A stretch of DNA of 64,000 nt from positions 64,001 to 128,000 of the forward strand of contig CAVXTM010000001.1 in the NCBI GenBank assembly GCA_963764725.1, read 5' to 3'. Made by a program: the position numbers and the translations under genes. The DNA is from an uncultured Gammaproteobacteria bacterium (GTDB lineage: Bacteria > Pseudomonadota > Gammaproteobacteria > JACCXJ01). Shown here piece by piece: positions 27,538 through 37,702 of this stretch (position 1 is its first letter; each line of letters starts with the position of its first letter). The notes under the pieces were generated by a model. It was not told where the DNA came from, made no database searches, and worked only from the letters and a program-made list of their open reading frames with translations.

Positions 27538-28272
27538 TCAAGAGTTGGCCACAAGGTGTGCTGCCAGGCCGGGTGCCAGGCGCATGAGCCAGGGGAGATA
27601 CCTTACCTGGCCGACGAACACCTCGTCACGACCGCGCTCGATTGCGCGTAAGGTCGCATCCACCACCGCCGCTGGGCTCATCTTGCGCCCGGGCATATTG
27701 GCGGTCAGCGGGGTATCGACGAACGGAGGTAAGGTTTCAACGACGCGGATCCCGCAACCATCGAGCTGATAGCGAAGGGCGCGGGTAAACGCGCGTAGAC
27801 CGGCCTTGGTGGCCGAGTAGACAGGGGCGCGACGAGCAGGCAGCAATGCATAGCCCGAGGTGACCATCAGTATCAACGGTTCACGCCCTTCCCGGAGCAA
27901 AGGTAAAAACCGACGCGTGAGGAGGATCGGGGCCGTTAGGTTCGTCTCAATCTCGCGCGCGATAGTCGCATCGTCAACCTCATCGTCACGGACGTTCACC
28001 TGTGTCATGACCCCGGCGTTGTTCACCAGCATATCGAGCCGACCGCACTTGTTTGCAATGTGATCGCGCAAGGCATCGACCTCCCGAGCTGAGGCGATAT
28101 CGCAACGCCAGGCATCGATCCCTGGGTGTGCCGCACGCAATTCGCTCAATGTGCGCGCATTGCGGCCACAAGTGAACACCCGCGCGCCGGCTGCAACGAA
28201 GCGATCGACAAACGCCCGACCGATGCCGGAGTTACCGCCGGTGATGAGAACGATGCGATCCCGGTAATTCAT
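27538..28272 (-). CDS. Short-chain dehydrogenase (DltE-like)
   Basis: TGGNSGIG, NNAG, YSATK. Confidence 0.92.
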   Translation of the reverse strand: MNYRDRIVLITGGNSGIGRAFVDRFVAAGARVFTCGRNARTLSELRAAHPGIDAWRCDIASAREVDALRDHIANKCGRLDMLVNNAGVMTQVNVRDDEVDDATIAREIETNLTAPILLTRRFLPLLREGREPLILMVTSGYALLPARRAPVYSATKAGLRAFTRALRYQLDGCGIRVVETLPPFVDTPLTANMPGRKMSPAAVVDATLRAIERGRDEVFVGQVRYLPWLMRLAPGLAAHLVANS

Positions 28273-28414
28273 CGCTGCATCCCTCGAACTCGAAGCCCCC
28301 AAAAGGACTCTGTTCAACACTTGAGTGTAGAAAGATCGGTTTCGGATAATTTGACCATAACGACATCGGCGCTGGGAAGCGATATTCTTGCGCCTGCAAT
28401 GTTAACGAGTCAGG

Positions 28415-29290
28415 GTGAGAAGTGACTCCATATTGAGGATTACCACGAAGCTCCGCCGCTGGGTTATGGTGCTACTCGTGACAGCGATCACAGCAGTGGA
28501 AATAGGCGCTATGGACTCCATCGAGAAGAATGAATCTGATGTGGAAAGGAGTATCTGTGGTTTCCTACGCGAGCCCTTCGCCTTCTGGTCGTTTCAGCTG
28601 ACGGCTGGCGCGCCCGATGCGAAACGCACGCGCGCAATACCCGGGATCGAGCGCTTGTCTTTCACAACCCGCGATGGCCGAAGCTTAGGCGGTTACAAGC
28701 TGCGCGCGGTGGCGCCTTGGGGCTACCTCTTGGTCGCCCAGGGGAATGCCATGCTGGCGGACCAAATCATCGGTGAGTTGCAATTCTTCCGGGATTTTGG
28801 CCTGGACGTTTACATTTATGACTACCGTGGCTATGGACTATCGGGGGGCAAAAGTCGACTCAAAGCGCTTATTTCTGACTACCAAGAGATCATTCGGGCG
28901 TTGAACGCCCAGGATTACCGCCGTCGTTTTTTGTATGGCATTTCGATGGGCGGCATAATCCTCTTGGATGCAGTCGGAATCACCGATGAGTATGACGCCG
29001 CCGTCATCGATTCTTCCCCAAGCCGGATCTCCCCTTTAGGGTGCCCGGAGGAATACGATCCGATCAACCACTTACCCATCGATGCCTCAGGGATAAAGAT
29101 CGTGATCGGGCTGAGCGATCGAGTGGTCCCCGCCGCAGAGATAGAAGAGATGGCGAAGGAGGCACAAAGCCGTGGGGCGGCGGTGTCGAAACATCCGGAG
29201 TTTGCCCATCCGTTCCAAGATTTCAGCTTGGAGACGCATCTCCGCCGGTTTCAGGAGGTGGCGGATTTTTTCACACGATGGCGGCCCTGA
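28415..29290 (+). CDS. Alpha/beta hydrolase
   Basis: DYRGYGLS, GISMGG nucleophile elbow, D and H candidates. Confidence 0.85.
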   Translation: MRSDSILRITTKLRRWVMVLLVTAITAVEIGAMDSIEKNESDVERSICGFLREPFAFWSFQLTAGAPDAKRTRAIPGIERLSFTTRDGRSLGGYKLRAVAPWGYLLVAQGNAMLADQIIGELQFFRDFGLDVYIYDYRGYGLSGGKSRLKALISDYQEIIRALNAQDYRRRFLYGISMGGIILLDAVGITDEYDAAVIDSSPSRISPLGCPEEYDPINHLPIDASGIKIVIGLSDRVVPAAEIEEMAKEAQSRGAAVSKHPEFAHPFQDFSLETHLRRFQEVADFFTRWRP

Positions 29291-29937
29291 AGACAGGGTT
29301 ACCGCTGTTCGTCGTCATCGCCCTCGGTGTTGCTTGTGCGGTAGCGGTTAAGAACGATGCTTACTTATTTCACCAAGAGGGACTGACGACCCCGGTCTAT
29401 TTGGTCAGCGACCATTGGCATGCCGGCGTTGTGATCAAGATCTCCGACATCCCGCGCGACCTGGTGCCGGAAAGTCACGATTTTCCCGAGGCCGACTACC
29501 TAGAGTTTAGCTGGGGCGATTGGGATTTTTATCAGGCGCCGAATTTCAACTTGGGCTACGCAATCAAAGCCCTGTTATTTCCGACCAAGAGCGTGTTGCA
29601 TGTCGTTGGTTTCAGCGGACCGGTAGTAAATTATGCGCCCCATCGGGAGATTATCCAATTCCGTCCTTCGTCGCGCAATTTTGAGCGCTTGGCGGCCTAT
29701 ATCGATGAGAGTTTTGCGAGACTGGTCACGGGAGCTGCGGCGCCATTAGGCCGAGGGCTTTATGGCAACAGCCGGTTCTACCCGGCACGGGGGAAGTTTC
29801 ATCTATTCAACACGTGTAATACCTGGGCAGCCCGTGCCCTAGGGGCTGCGGGTTATCCAATATCGCCCGCCGTCATGGTGGATACGCTGGTGTCAGAGGC
29901 GCGCCAGTTCGGCGAGGCAATTCAAGCGGGGCGTTGA
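29278..29937 (+). CDS. DUF2459-family protein
   Basis: WHAG, FSWGD.DFY, FYPA.GKFHLFNTCNTW. Confidence 0.8.
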   Translation: MAALKTGLPLFVVIALGVACAVAVKNDAYLFHQEGLTTPVYLVSDHWHAGVVIKISDIPRDLVPESHDFPEADYLEFSWGDWDFYQAPNFNLGYAIKALLFPTKSVLHVVGFSGPVVNYAPHREIIQFRPSSRNFERLAAYIDESFARLVTGAAAPLGRGLYGNSRFYPARGKFHLFNTCNTWAARALGAAGYPISPAVMVDTLVSEARQFGEAIQAGR

Positions 29938-30023
29938 GGCGTCCTGCAAGCAGGTGGAAACCGTGGCGAATACTCGGGCACGTGCTTAAGGGATCTTCGG
30001 GTCTATGATAGTCGTCGATGAGC

Positions 30024-30057
30024 AGAGTCGTCTTATCCGAGAGGATAAGACGACTCT
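30024..30057. terminator. Perfect 15-bp hairpin, probable terminator
   Basis: AGAGTCGTCTTATCC-GAGA-GGATAAGACGACTCT. Confidence 0.7.
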
Positions 30058-30065
30058 CTCTGCGC

Positions 30066-30152
30066 TCATGAGGTTCGAATAAAGTAAAAGAGCGCCCCGA
30101 GCGCGAGTACGATGCAAACTACCGGGGCCAGGGCTAGAATTTCTGTAAACAT
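30066..30152 (-). CDS. 28-aa single-TM peptide (not in ORF track)
   Basis: MFTEILALAPVVCIVLALGALFYFIRTS; purine-rich RBS AGGAGGGAAGGA; followed by the hairpin. Confidence 0.6.
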   Translation of the reverse strand: MFTEILALAPVVCIVLALGALFYFIRTS

Positions 30153-30314
30153 ATTCCTTCCCTCCTACCGAGGCTACGATACGATATTAAACCGCCGCAC
30201 GTTGCCATGGAACGCAATTCTTATGGGCATCATATTAATTGTATGCCGAGAATCATCATTATCAAGCCATCGTTAGCACAAATTTAGCTGCTACCCCAAG
30301 CAAACTGATTTTTC

Positions 30315-31820
30315 GGTGTTGTTTCAGTTTGAATTTCGGCTTACGACCCCTTGCAGACGCTCACTGGAGATGGAAGCTGACATTCATGTGGACCTCGTGA
30401 CGACATGGACCTTCTTCTGTTGAAGGCCCAAAAGCTCGGATCAGTCCGATTTCCTCACTGGTCCAGCCTTATCGGTACACTCCAGCCAACACGTCAGGGG
30501 TATGCGGCCGCGACGCCCGCCTTGTGCTCCTCGCGCATCCCAGCCTCAAGGCTGTCGAGCCAGTCCAACAACGCATCCCAACTGCGCAGGCTGAATGCCT
30601 CCACACCATAGCGTTTCTGGAGATTTACCGTCGGCATACAGACAAGGCCGGCCATGAAAATGTCGATCACGATGGCGTCGCAATACGGCGCATACAGCGA
30701 GATGTGCTTGATGTCCTCAAACACGCCCTTCAAGCGCTGGCGCGCTTCTTTTCGGTTCGAGAACGTACCACGCTTTACCATTTCCCGCATCGTCGCGAAC
30801 ATGTGCGACGAGAGCCACATGTACGGCACCTCAGCAAAGTGCGGTGATTGGAAGAAATCTATACAGCGCCGGACGCGTTCCGGGAGCGGTTGATCCTTCG
30901 GCAGGCAATACATCATGTGCTCCATCACCTTTGCGACCATGGGCGAATTGATGGCGGCGTTGAAGTCACCCTCAGCGTAGCGCTTGATCATCGTGAGATA
31001 CGTGTGCACGTACTGGCGGCCTGCATCATGAATTTCCAAGGCCACGGCTTCGTTAAAAGTCTGAGTTGAGACCTGCCACTGGTCGAGCACCTTGACCAGT
31101 TCGTCCACCGCCTCTTCCTTCAACCGACGCTTCAACTCAATATCGCACATGTAACCGCCAACATCGATGCGGAAGTAGCCGTCCCATTTGTCCAGGGCAC
31201 CCTGGATGGCATCCCGGTCTTCAACGATGTACTCCGGCGGCTGGTCCTTCAAGAATGCCTCCCAGGCTTTCAGCACCTGCTTGCGTTCTACGTTGTAGTG
31301 CTTCTCGAACTTTACGCCGCGCGACGTGGCTTTGATGAATTCCATTAGCTGATCCTCGTGGCCCCGCCACTGGTGCGTTTCGTCTTCGTGAACCGAAGAA
31401 TATGGAGCGACGAGCAGCTGCAGGCGGCACATTCGCTTGACGCGCTCAGTGGCTACTTTGAAGCGCGGGTCTTTTCTGCGCAACGCACCGGAGAAAAAGA
31501 ACTGGTCGAGGTAAATAACCTTCTTGCGGATCTCTGGCAGCCACACAACGCGCTGGTATTGGCAGTACTTACAGCCTCGGAGGACATATTCGCGCACTGA
31601 GACATTGCCGAAGCTGTCCTTCGCCCCGCACCCAGGGCAATCGCCAAGCACTCTAGTCACCAGCATCGCTTCCGGTTTCCGTCGGTTCTGTCGTCAAGAT
31701 CCCCCGGGTCCAACCATCCAACATAGTTTAGCGGGAGATCGTCGCTGACCGTCAGCTATCGGGCAAGACTCTCAAGGTCCGGTCATGGCCGATAGCCGAA
31801 ATTCAAACTGAGACACTACC
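30315..31820. mobile_element. Non-autonomous transposon / mobile insertion cassette, 1506 bp
   Basis: 27-bp TIRs (24/27) GGTAGTGTCTCAGTTTGAATTTCGGCT; exact 8-bp flanking repeat GATTTTTC at 30307-30314 and 31821-31828; no transposase. Confidence 0.85.
30494..31666 (-). CDS. Hypothetical protein, N-terminal Zn ribbon plus PIN-like acidic motifs
   Basis: CPGC...CKYC; VIYLDQ; HEDE; DIKH...APYCDAIVID. Confidence 0.7.
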   Translation of the reverse strand: MLVTRVLGDCPGCGAKDSFGNVSVREYVLRGCKYCQYQRVVWLPEIRKKVIYLDQFFFSGALRRKDPRFKVATERVKRMCRLQLLVAPYSSVHEDETHQWRGHEDQLMEFIKATSRGVKFEKHYNVERKQVLKAWEAFLKDQPPEYIVEDRDAIQGALDKWDGYFRIDVGGYMCDIELKRRLKEEAVDELVKVLDQWQVSTQTFNEAVALEIHDAGRQYVHTYLTMIKRYAEGDFNAAINSPMVAKVMEHMMYCLPKDQPLPERVRRCIDFFQSPHFAEVPYMWLSSHMFATMREMVKRGTFSNRKEARQRLKGVFEDIKHISLYAPYCDAIVIDIFMAGLVCMPTVNLQKRYGVEAFSLRSWDALLDWLDSLEAGMREEHKAGVAAAYP

Positions 31821-31851
31821 GATTTTTCTAACCACACGTCAGTAGGCGCAG

Positions 31852-33237
31852 TCAGCGCTTATCGAGGATCGCTTCGGGGTCAAAAACCCGGCCGCCTTTG
31901 ACCACGGAATGGATGCGTCGGAGGTTACGGATATCGGCGAGCGGGTCAGCCTCGAGGACTAATAGATCTGCGAGCTTACCGGGTTCTAGGGTGCCGAGCT
32001 CCGCGGAACGCCCCATGACGCGAGCCCCTCCGAGGGTGGCAGCCGTAAGGATCTCAGCCGGGGCGAGACCGGCCTCGGCCATGAGCTCCAGTTCCCGATG
32101 TAAACCCGCACCGTGCAAGGTGCCGATATTGCCCGCATCGCTGCCCGCCGCGATGGGGATCCCGCTTGCATGCAGGCGTTTTAGGTTCCAAAACATGAGC
32201 TCCGGACCGGGCCAATGTTTGAGCCACTGCGACCAGCGTTTCCATGGGGGTAGAACTCCCAGATCGTCCAATGTCGCCAGCACTTCGGGATCTCCGACTC
32301 GCCGCTCGAATTCGGTAAGTTCGACCTTTTCTTGCAATACTTCTCGATATCCTTCGTTGAGCGCCAGGGTGGTTACGTAAAGCACAGCGCGCTTTTTTAA
32401 GAGTTGGATGAAGGGGTCATCGACGCGCCGGTCTCGAACGCTGTGCACCAGAATGTCCGCCCCCGCTTCGACCGCCGCGCGCGCCACTTCAAGCTCTGTG
32501 GCATGTACCGCGACCCGCAGGCCTTGGGCGTGGCTTTCTTCGATGGCTGCCGCGACCCAGTCGATCTGCATGGAGAGCGGTAAGCCCCAAGCGGGGATAA
32601 ACCATATCTTAATAAGATCGGGCCGCCGATGGATCTGACGCCGTACGGCAGCGCGTGCCTCCTCCGGCGATTTGACCTGGGCGATCGGTGGGTCGCCGGT
32701 CTTCAGCGCTGCGGGCAGGGTCGTCGAAATCAGCGGCCCGGCTACCGCGACCCGCGGAGCCTGCAGACGCCGGCGCGCTAGCTCTCGCACCTCAAAGGTC
32801 CAATTCGGTCCGCCCATGTCCACTACCGAGGTCACGCCGCTTGCGAGGTAGTGCGCCAAGGTGGCGGGAAGCCGCTCGCGGATCCCAGCGATCTCCTCTT
32901 CATACGGCCGGACCGCGCGGAGATCGATCACATCGGGTCGCGTGTAGAGACCTCCCGACTGGAAGAAATGAACATGAGCGTCGATCAATCCGGGCACAAT
33001 CCATTTCCCTCTGACATCGAAGACTCTTGCGTTTTTCGGTATTGCGAGCTCTGACTTGTTCCCGACCGCGCTGATATGTTCGTTTTCGATCAACACTGTG
33101 GCATCGGGGCGAGAACCTCGGCCGGTCCCATCGATGAGGGTCGCTCCTACGAACGCCTGGTAGTGGTGCAGGGAGTCGGCCTGCGCGAGCTCGAGCGACA
33201 CCAAGCACAGCGCCCCGCATAGAAGGATCGTGTTCGT
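31852..33237 (-). CDS. Amidohydrolase-family protein
   Basis: PGLIDAHVH, AVHA, LVH, GSDAGN, GKLADLLVL; signal peptide begins at ACG 33237. Confidence 0.9.
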   Translation of the reverse strand, partial: TNTILLCGALCLVSLELAQADSLHHYQAFVGATLIDGTGRGSRPDATVLIENEHISAVGNKSELAIPKNARVFDVRGKWIVPGLIDAHVHFFQSGGLYTRPDVIDLRAVRPYEEEIAGIRERLPATLAHYLASGVTSVVDMGGPNWTFEVRELARRRLQAPRVAVAGPLISTTLPAALKTGDPPIAQVKSPEEARAAVRRQIHRRPDLIKIWFIPAWGLPLSMQIDWVAAAIEESHAQGLRVAVHATELEVARAAVEAGADILVHSVRDRRVDDPFIQLLKKRAVLYVTTLALNEGYREVLQEKVELTEFERRVGDPEVLATLDDLGVLPPWKRWSQWLKHWPGPELMFWNLKRLHASGIPIAAGSDAGNIGTLHGAGLHRELELMAEAGLAPAEILTAATLGGARVMGRSAELGTLEPGKLADLLVLEADPLADIRNLRRIHSVVKGGRVFDPEAILDKR

Positions 33238-33261
33238 TGTGGCCTTCTCCTTTAGTCCGTC

Positions 33262-33987
33262 CTACGTATCTAGCTCCGGATAGTGCCGAAAGATGTCGTC
33301 TTCGTTGAACGGGATACGCCGGTCGGACGCCAGATAGGCGGTGATGTTCGGGCGCGCCGCAACCTTATCGTGCAGCGCCACCAAGCCGGGATGTTTCGGT
33401 TCCAATCTCTTCATCGTCTTTGGGAAGGCGTAACGTAGGCCGGCGATGAGCTGGAACATTGACAGATCGACGTAGGACAAGTTGCGACCGAGCATATACC
33501 CTCTGCCCTTCGGATTGCCGGCGAGCACCTGCTCGAAATAATGAAGGAACTTGGGAGCGCGTTCCGCCGTGAAATATCCGGCGCGACGCCGCGCCTCGCG
33601 CTTCTGCTGGTGATAATACAGGCAGCCTGCGATAGGATGATGCACGTCATGGATCTCCGCAACAAAGTCGGCGATCGTCAACTGCAGTTGATGCGCCCAC
33701 AGCCGGCCCGCCTCGGCCTTCGGAACCAGACCGAGCCGCGGCCCCAGATACAGCAGGATGTTGGCGGTCTGGGCAATCACCCGATCGCCGGCCTTTAGAA
33801 ACGGTGGCGCGAACGGCAGAGAGCCAGTCTCAATGCCCTCAAGAAAGTGCATCATCGCCGGGAGACCCTTGCCGCGCCCCGCCTGACGCGCTACATCTAC
33901 GTAGTCGGCACCGGCCTCCTCGAGCGCGAGCCGCACGTATTCGCCACGGCCTTGTATGCCGGGCCAGTAGTAGAGCTCATAGCGCAT
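33262..33987 (-). CDS. Glutathione S-transferase
   Basis: YYWPGIQGRGEYVRLALE, FAPPFL, QTANIL, SYVDLS. Confidence 0.92.
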   Translation of the reverse strand: MRYELYYWPGIQGRGEYVRLALEEAGADYVDVARQAGRGKGLPAMMHFLEGIETGSLPFAPPFLKAGDRVIAQTANILLYLGPRLGLVPKAEAGRLWAHQLQLTIADFVAEIHDVHHPIAGCLYYHQQKREARRRAGYFTAERAPKFLHYFEQVLAGNPKGRGYMLGRNLSYVDLSMFQLIAGLRYAFPKTMKRLEPKHPGLVALHDKVAARPNITAYLASDRRIPFNEDDIFRHYPELDT

Positions 33988-34107
33988 ACCAAGGTCCTCC
34001 TGCATCAAGCATTGGTAGCGGTTCCAAGCTCACTATCTCAGCACGGCTGCGGGACTTTCGCTGGGCTGCTTTCCGCGCTCGGGAAAGCCGGCACGCGGCA
34101 CTCACCG

Positions 34108-35775
34108 CTACCCTACCTGGGGTCGCGCGCGCTCGATGATCGCCTCGCAATCGGTCCCTCCCGGTAAAGTTCCAAAGGAGTGCCGATGATCGTCACCGAG
34201 GCGCGTGGTGCAAAAAGCCTCCGCGACCACGGCCGGGGCATGTTGCAGCAGCAACGCGCTCTGTAGCGCGAGTGCGAGTCCCTCCACTATGCGCCGAGCG
34301 CGCGTCTCCGCTTGACTCGTATCACGGATCTCGGTTTCGAGCCGGGTTACAAAACGATCGAATCGATGATGGACTCCCATTGCGGCACGAATTTCCGTGA
34401 AGACTATCGAAACTGAATCCGGATCTTTGTGCATCGCGCGCAGCACATCGAGACACTGAACATTGCCGGCACCTTCCCAGAGCGAGTTCAGCGGCACGTC
34501 GCGATAGAGGCGCGACAACGGGGACTCTTCTACATAGCCGTTGCCGCCGGTACATTCGAGCGACTCGGCGACCGCTACCAGCGCGCGTTTTGTGATCCAG
34601 TATTTGGCCACCGGCGTGGCGATCCGCGTAAACCTCGTCTCCTCTACACTGTTTGCGGATTCATCAAAACCACGCGCCAAACGCAAAACGAGCGCCGTCG
34701 ACGCCTCGGACTCTAAGCAAAGATCCGCGAGCACGTTCCGCATTAAGGGTTGATCGAGTAGGCGCCGCCCGAAAGCGTGACGGTACGCTGCGTGATGGGT
34801 GGCTTCGGCGACGGCGCGCCGCATGGTAGCCGCCGATCCGCAGGCGCAATCGAGACGGGTATGGCGAACCATGTCCATGATGGTCGCAATCCCACGGCCT
34901 TCCTCGCCAAGAAGGCGTGCCCAGGCATGGCGGAGCTCGACTTCCGCCGATGCATTGGAACGATTCCCGAGCTTATCCTTAAGCCGGGTGAGATGGAAAG
35001 AATTTCGGGTACCGTCCGGCTTCCAGCGCGGCAGGAGAAAACAGGAAAGACCGCCTTTCGCCTGCGCTAAGACCAGAAACGCGTCGGACATGGGCGCGGA
35101 GCAAAACCATTTGTGCCCGATAAGTGCGTACTCGCCGCCCGGGCCGGCAGCGCCAAGCGGGTGTGCGCGGGTGGTGTTGGCCCGTAGATCGCTACCGCCT
35201 TGGCGCTCGGTCATCGCCATTCCAAAGAGGGCGCTGCGCTTCTGCGGTGCCGGTATACTGCGCGGGTCATAGTCGGTAGACAAAACCCGAGGCTCCCACT
35301 CCGCCGCCAGCTCAGGCTGTACGCGTAATGCTGGAATCACGGCAAAGGTCATCGTGATCGGGCAGCTCGATCCCTCGTCGATTTGATGGCGAAGCAGGTT
35401 GAGCGCGCTGCGGGCCACGTGCGCACCGGGAGGGGCGCTGGTCCACGCGAGCGAGTGGTTGGCGTGGGCGATGCCGATACGCACCAATTCGTGCCAGGCG
35501 GGATGAAACTCTACTTCGTCGATGCGATGTCCGAATCGGTCATGGGTGCGAAGCAGCGGCGGATAGCGGTTGGCAAGCTCACCGAGCTGGATCGTCTCGG
35601 CTGCACCGAGGAGTGCACCGTATTCATGGGCTTGCGCCTCTATCCATCCGCCGCCTTCCCGATGCAGCGCCTCGCGCAGCGGTAGGTCGTATTCAAAAAG
35701 GTTATAGTTCGCAAGCGCTGGCGGCTGATTGAATACTTCATCGGGTTCGTGAGCCGAATAATCATCAGGATCCAT
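34108..35775 (-). CDS. aidB: AidB-like acyl-CoA dehydrogenase
   Basis: VFNQPP, CPITMT, MTERQGGSD, GHKWFCSAP, KDKLGNRSNAS, WEG.GN. Confidence 0.9.
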   Translation of the reverse strand: MDPDDYSAHEPDEVFNQPPALANYNLFEYDLPLREALHREGGGWIEAQAHEYGALLGAAETIQLGELANRYPPLLRTHDRFGHRIDEVEFHPAWHELVRIGIAHANHSLAWTSAPPGAHVARSALNLLRHQIDEGSSCPITMTFAVIPALRVQPELAAEWEPRVLSTDYDPRSIPAPQKRSALFGMAMTERQGGSDLRANTTRAHPLGAAGPGGEYALIGHKWFCSAPMSDAFLVLAQAKGGLSCFLLPRWKPDGTRNSFHLTRLKDKLGNRSNASAEVELRHAWARLLGEEGRGIATIMDMVRHTRLDCACGSAATMRRAVAEATHHAAYRHAFGRRLLDQPLMRNVLADLCLESEASTALVLRLARGFDESANSVEETRFTRIATPVAKYWITKRALVAVAESLECTGGNGYVEESPLSRLYRDVPLNSLWEGAGNVQCLDVLRAMHKDPDSVSIVFTEIRAAMGVHHRFDRFVTRLETEIRDTSQAETRARRIVEGLALALQSALLLQHAPAVVAEAFCTTRLGDDHRHSFGTLPGGTDCEAIIERARPQVG

Positions 35776-35870
35776 AGCAGTATCCCCACTGCAAAGGCAT
35801 TTACCTTAGGTCAGTCACGTAAGGTGAGATCAGGAGTCCTGTCGCGGGGCGTCACAGCGACCTCAGCAAG

Positions 35871-36014
35871 TCACTGGAAATGTTGCCGCCGCTGGAGGTT
35901 TTCGCACTTGAAATAGACGTTCGCCGGCCCGAATTTCGCCGGTAAGAGCGGCGTATGGATCGCCACCGTGTGGATCCGCTCGCGGGCCTGCTGGATGTCG
36001 GCAAGCGTAATCAT
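35871..36014 (-). pseudogene. Threonine/serine dehydratase N-terminal fragment
   Basis: MITLADIQQARERI...TPL...VYFKCENLQR, truncated before the PLP lysine. Confidence 0.8.
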
Positions 36015-36276
36015 CCTACGATCATAGCGCTCCCAAGCGTTCGGAGCGACGCGGTCGATCGTCTGGCGCGCGCTGGTCACGGGTTGCACGCCCATGCCGC
36101 GGACATAGAAAGGTAAGCGCCTACGACCACCCCGGAACAAAATGACCACTGCAGTTCTCATCTTCGCTCGGCTAGCATCCCACTGGACATCGGCTCCGCA
36201 GAAGTACCATTATAGAGACTAATGAATAGCGATGGATTTTCAGGAGACAGATCGAACACCTGTCCTGTAAGGGCGA

Positions 36277-37044
36277 ATGAGAGCTACCGTCTCACACCCG
36301 ATGCAGCACCGTAGGGGTTCTCAAATCGCTTGGCTCGCCGGAGTTGACGGCTGTCGCGGCGGTTGGTTTGCGGTGCTGCAGGGTAGGGGCCAAGCCTCGC
36401 CCCGTGTCGTTGAGGTGCGCTTCGCCCTGTGCCGGGGCTTTTCGGAGGTGATGAATTTACCGGAAAACCCCGCGCCGATCGCGGTGGATATTCCCATCGG
36501 CTTGCTCGAGCAAGCCGAGCCGGGCGGACGCTCTTGCGATCGCGCAGCGCGCGCCTTGCTGGGCCAGGAGCGCGCGAGCAGCATATTCACCCCGCCCACG
36601 CGGGCGGCGCTTCAAGCCCAGTCCTATCGCGAGGCGATGCGCTTGAATGGCGCGGGAATGAGCAAGCAAACGTTCAACCTCATGGGCAAGATCCGGGAAG
36701 TGGACGCGCTCATCGAGCCAGCATTGCAGCAGCGTATCTTCGAGGCGCACCCGGAGCTTGCTTTCCTCACCCTTGCCGGGCGCCCCCTGCGTCACAACAA
36801 GAAAACCCCGGCCGGGGGGCGGGAACGCGAAGCGCTACTCGGTCCTCGCTTCGGCGCTGCTTTTATCAAACCGAGCGAAGTCCGGGACTGCTTTCCTCGC
36901 TCGCAGGTGGGCGCGGACGATGTGCTCGATGCTTATGCGCTGGCGCTTACCGCTCGCCGCATTCATGCGGGCAGCGCAGTGAGGCTCCCGGAACCGGAGC
37001 CCGAGCGCGACTTCAGGGGATTGCGCATGGAAATCTGGTACTGA
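36277..37044 (+). CDS. DUF429 family protein (predicted RNase H-like nuclease)
   Basis: GVDGCRGGW, VDIPIGL, R.CD..AR, EAHPE, DDVLDA, MEIWY. Confidence 0.9.
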   Translation: MRATVSHPMQHRRGSQIAWLAGVDGCRGGWFAVLQGRGQASPRVVEVRFALCRGFSEVMNLPENPAPIAVDIPIGLLEQAEPGGRSCDRAARALLGQERASSIFTPPTRAALQAQSYREAMRLNGAGMSKQTFNLMGKIREVDALIEPALQQRIFEAHPELAFLTLAGRPLRHNKKTPAGGREREALLGPRFGAAFIKPSEVRDCFPRSQVGADDVLDAYALALTARRIHAGSAVRLPEPEPERDFRGLRMEIWY

Positions 37045-37240
37045 AATTGATGGAGGGAGAGAGGATCAGCGTCGCCTGCCGCGGGTTTGCAGGTTTCGGT
37101 CGCAATGGACACAAGCGCCCTGTAGCGCCCATCGAGGCAACCAGACGGATGGCTCACTCTGAAGTCTGCTTCTTGATCCACCCGCTATTTTAGCGCTCCA
37201 TGTTGCTGTAGGGAGGGACGCTGGCAGTACCGAGTCCGGC

Positions 37241-37702
37241 CTAGAGCATATGCGGCTGAAGCATATTGGTTATGACCCAAACACCGGCATCCTCTCGCTC
37301 CAGTACGACCACTGTGCCGGGGACAAAGACCACAAGCGCCGGCTCGTCGTTTCCTGTGACTAAATAAGAGACCAGTTTAGCGAGGAACGGCAGGTGCCCG
37401 ACAATGGCTAAGTCCTCGGATCGGCTTTTGAGTCGGGTCGAAAAATCCGAAGGCGAATCGAGCGGGTCAAGCCCCGCTGCCTGCTCGATCTTTCGTTCCC
37501 GTGCTATGGTCTGCGCTAGGATCTCGGCCGTCTCCCGGGCGCGGGCCTTACCGCTATGAATGATGCGAGACACGCTTACCCTGTGGCGCGACAGAAAACT
37601 CGCAAGCCGCTCTATGCTCTGGCGCCCTGCGGCGGTGAGAGGCCGATCCGGGTCGATGTCCTTGGACACCGCCTCCCCGTGTTGAACTAAATACAATCGC
37701 AT
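37241..37702 (-). CDS. sixA: Phosphohistidine phosphatase SixA
   Basis: MRLYLVQHGEA, RPLT..G, HSGK.RA.ETA, VGHLP. Confidence 0.9.
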   Translation of the reverse strand: MRLYLVQHGEAVSKDIDPDRPLTAAGRQSIERLASFLSRHRVSVSRIIHSGKARARETAEILAQTIARERKIEQAAGLDPLDSPSDFSTRLKSRSEDLAIVGHLPFLAKLVSYLVTGNDEPALVVFVPGTVVVLEREDAGVWVITNMLQPHML

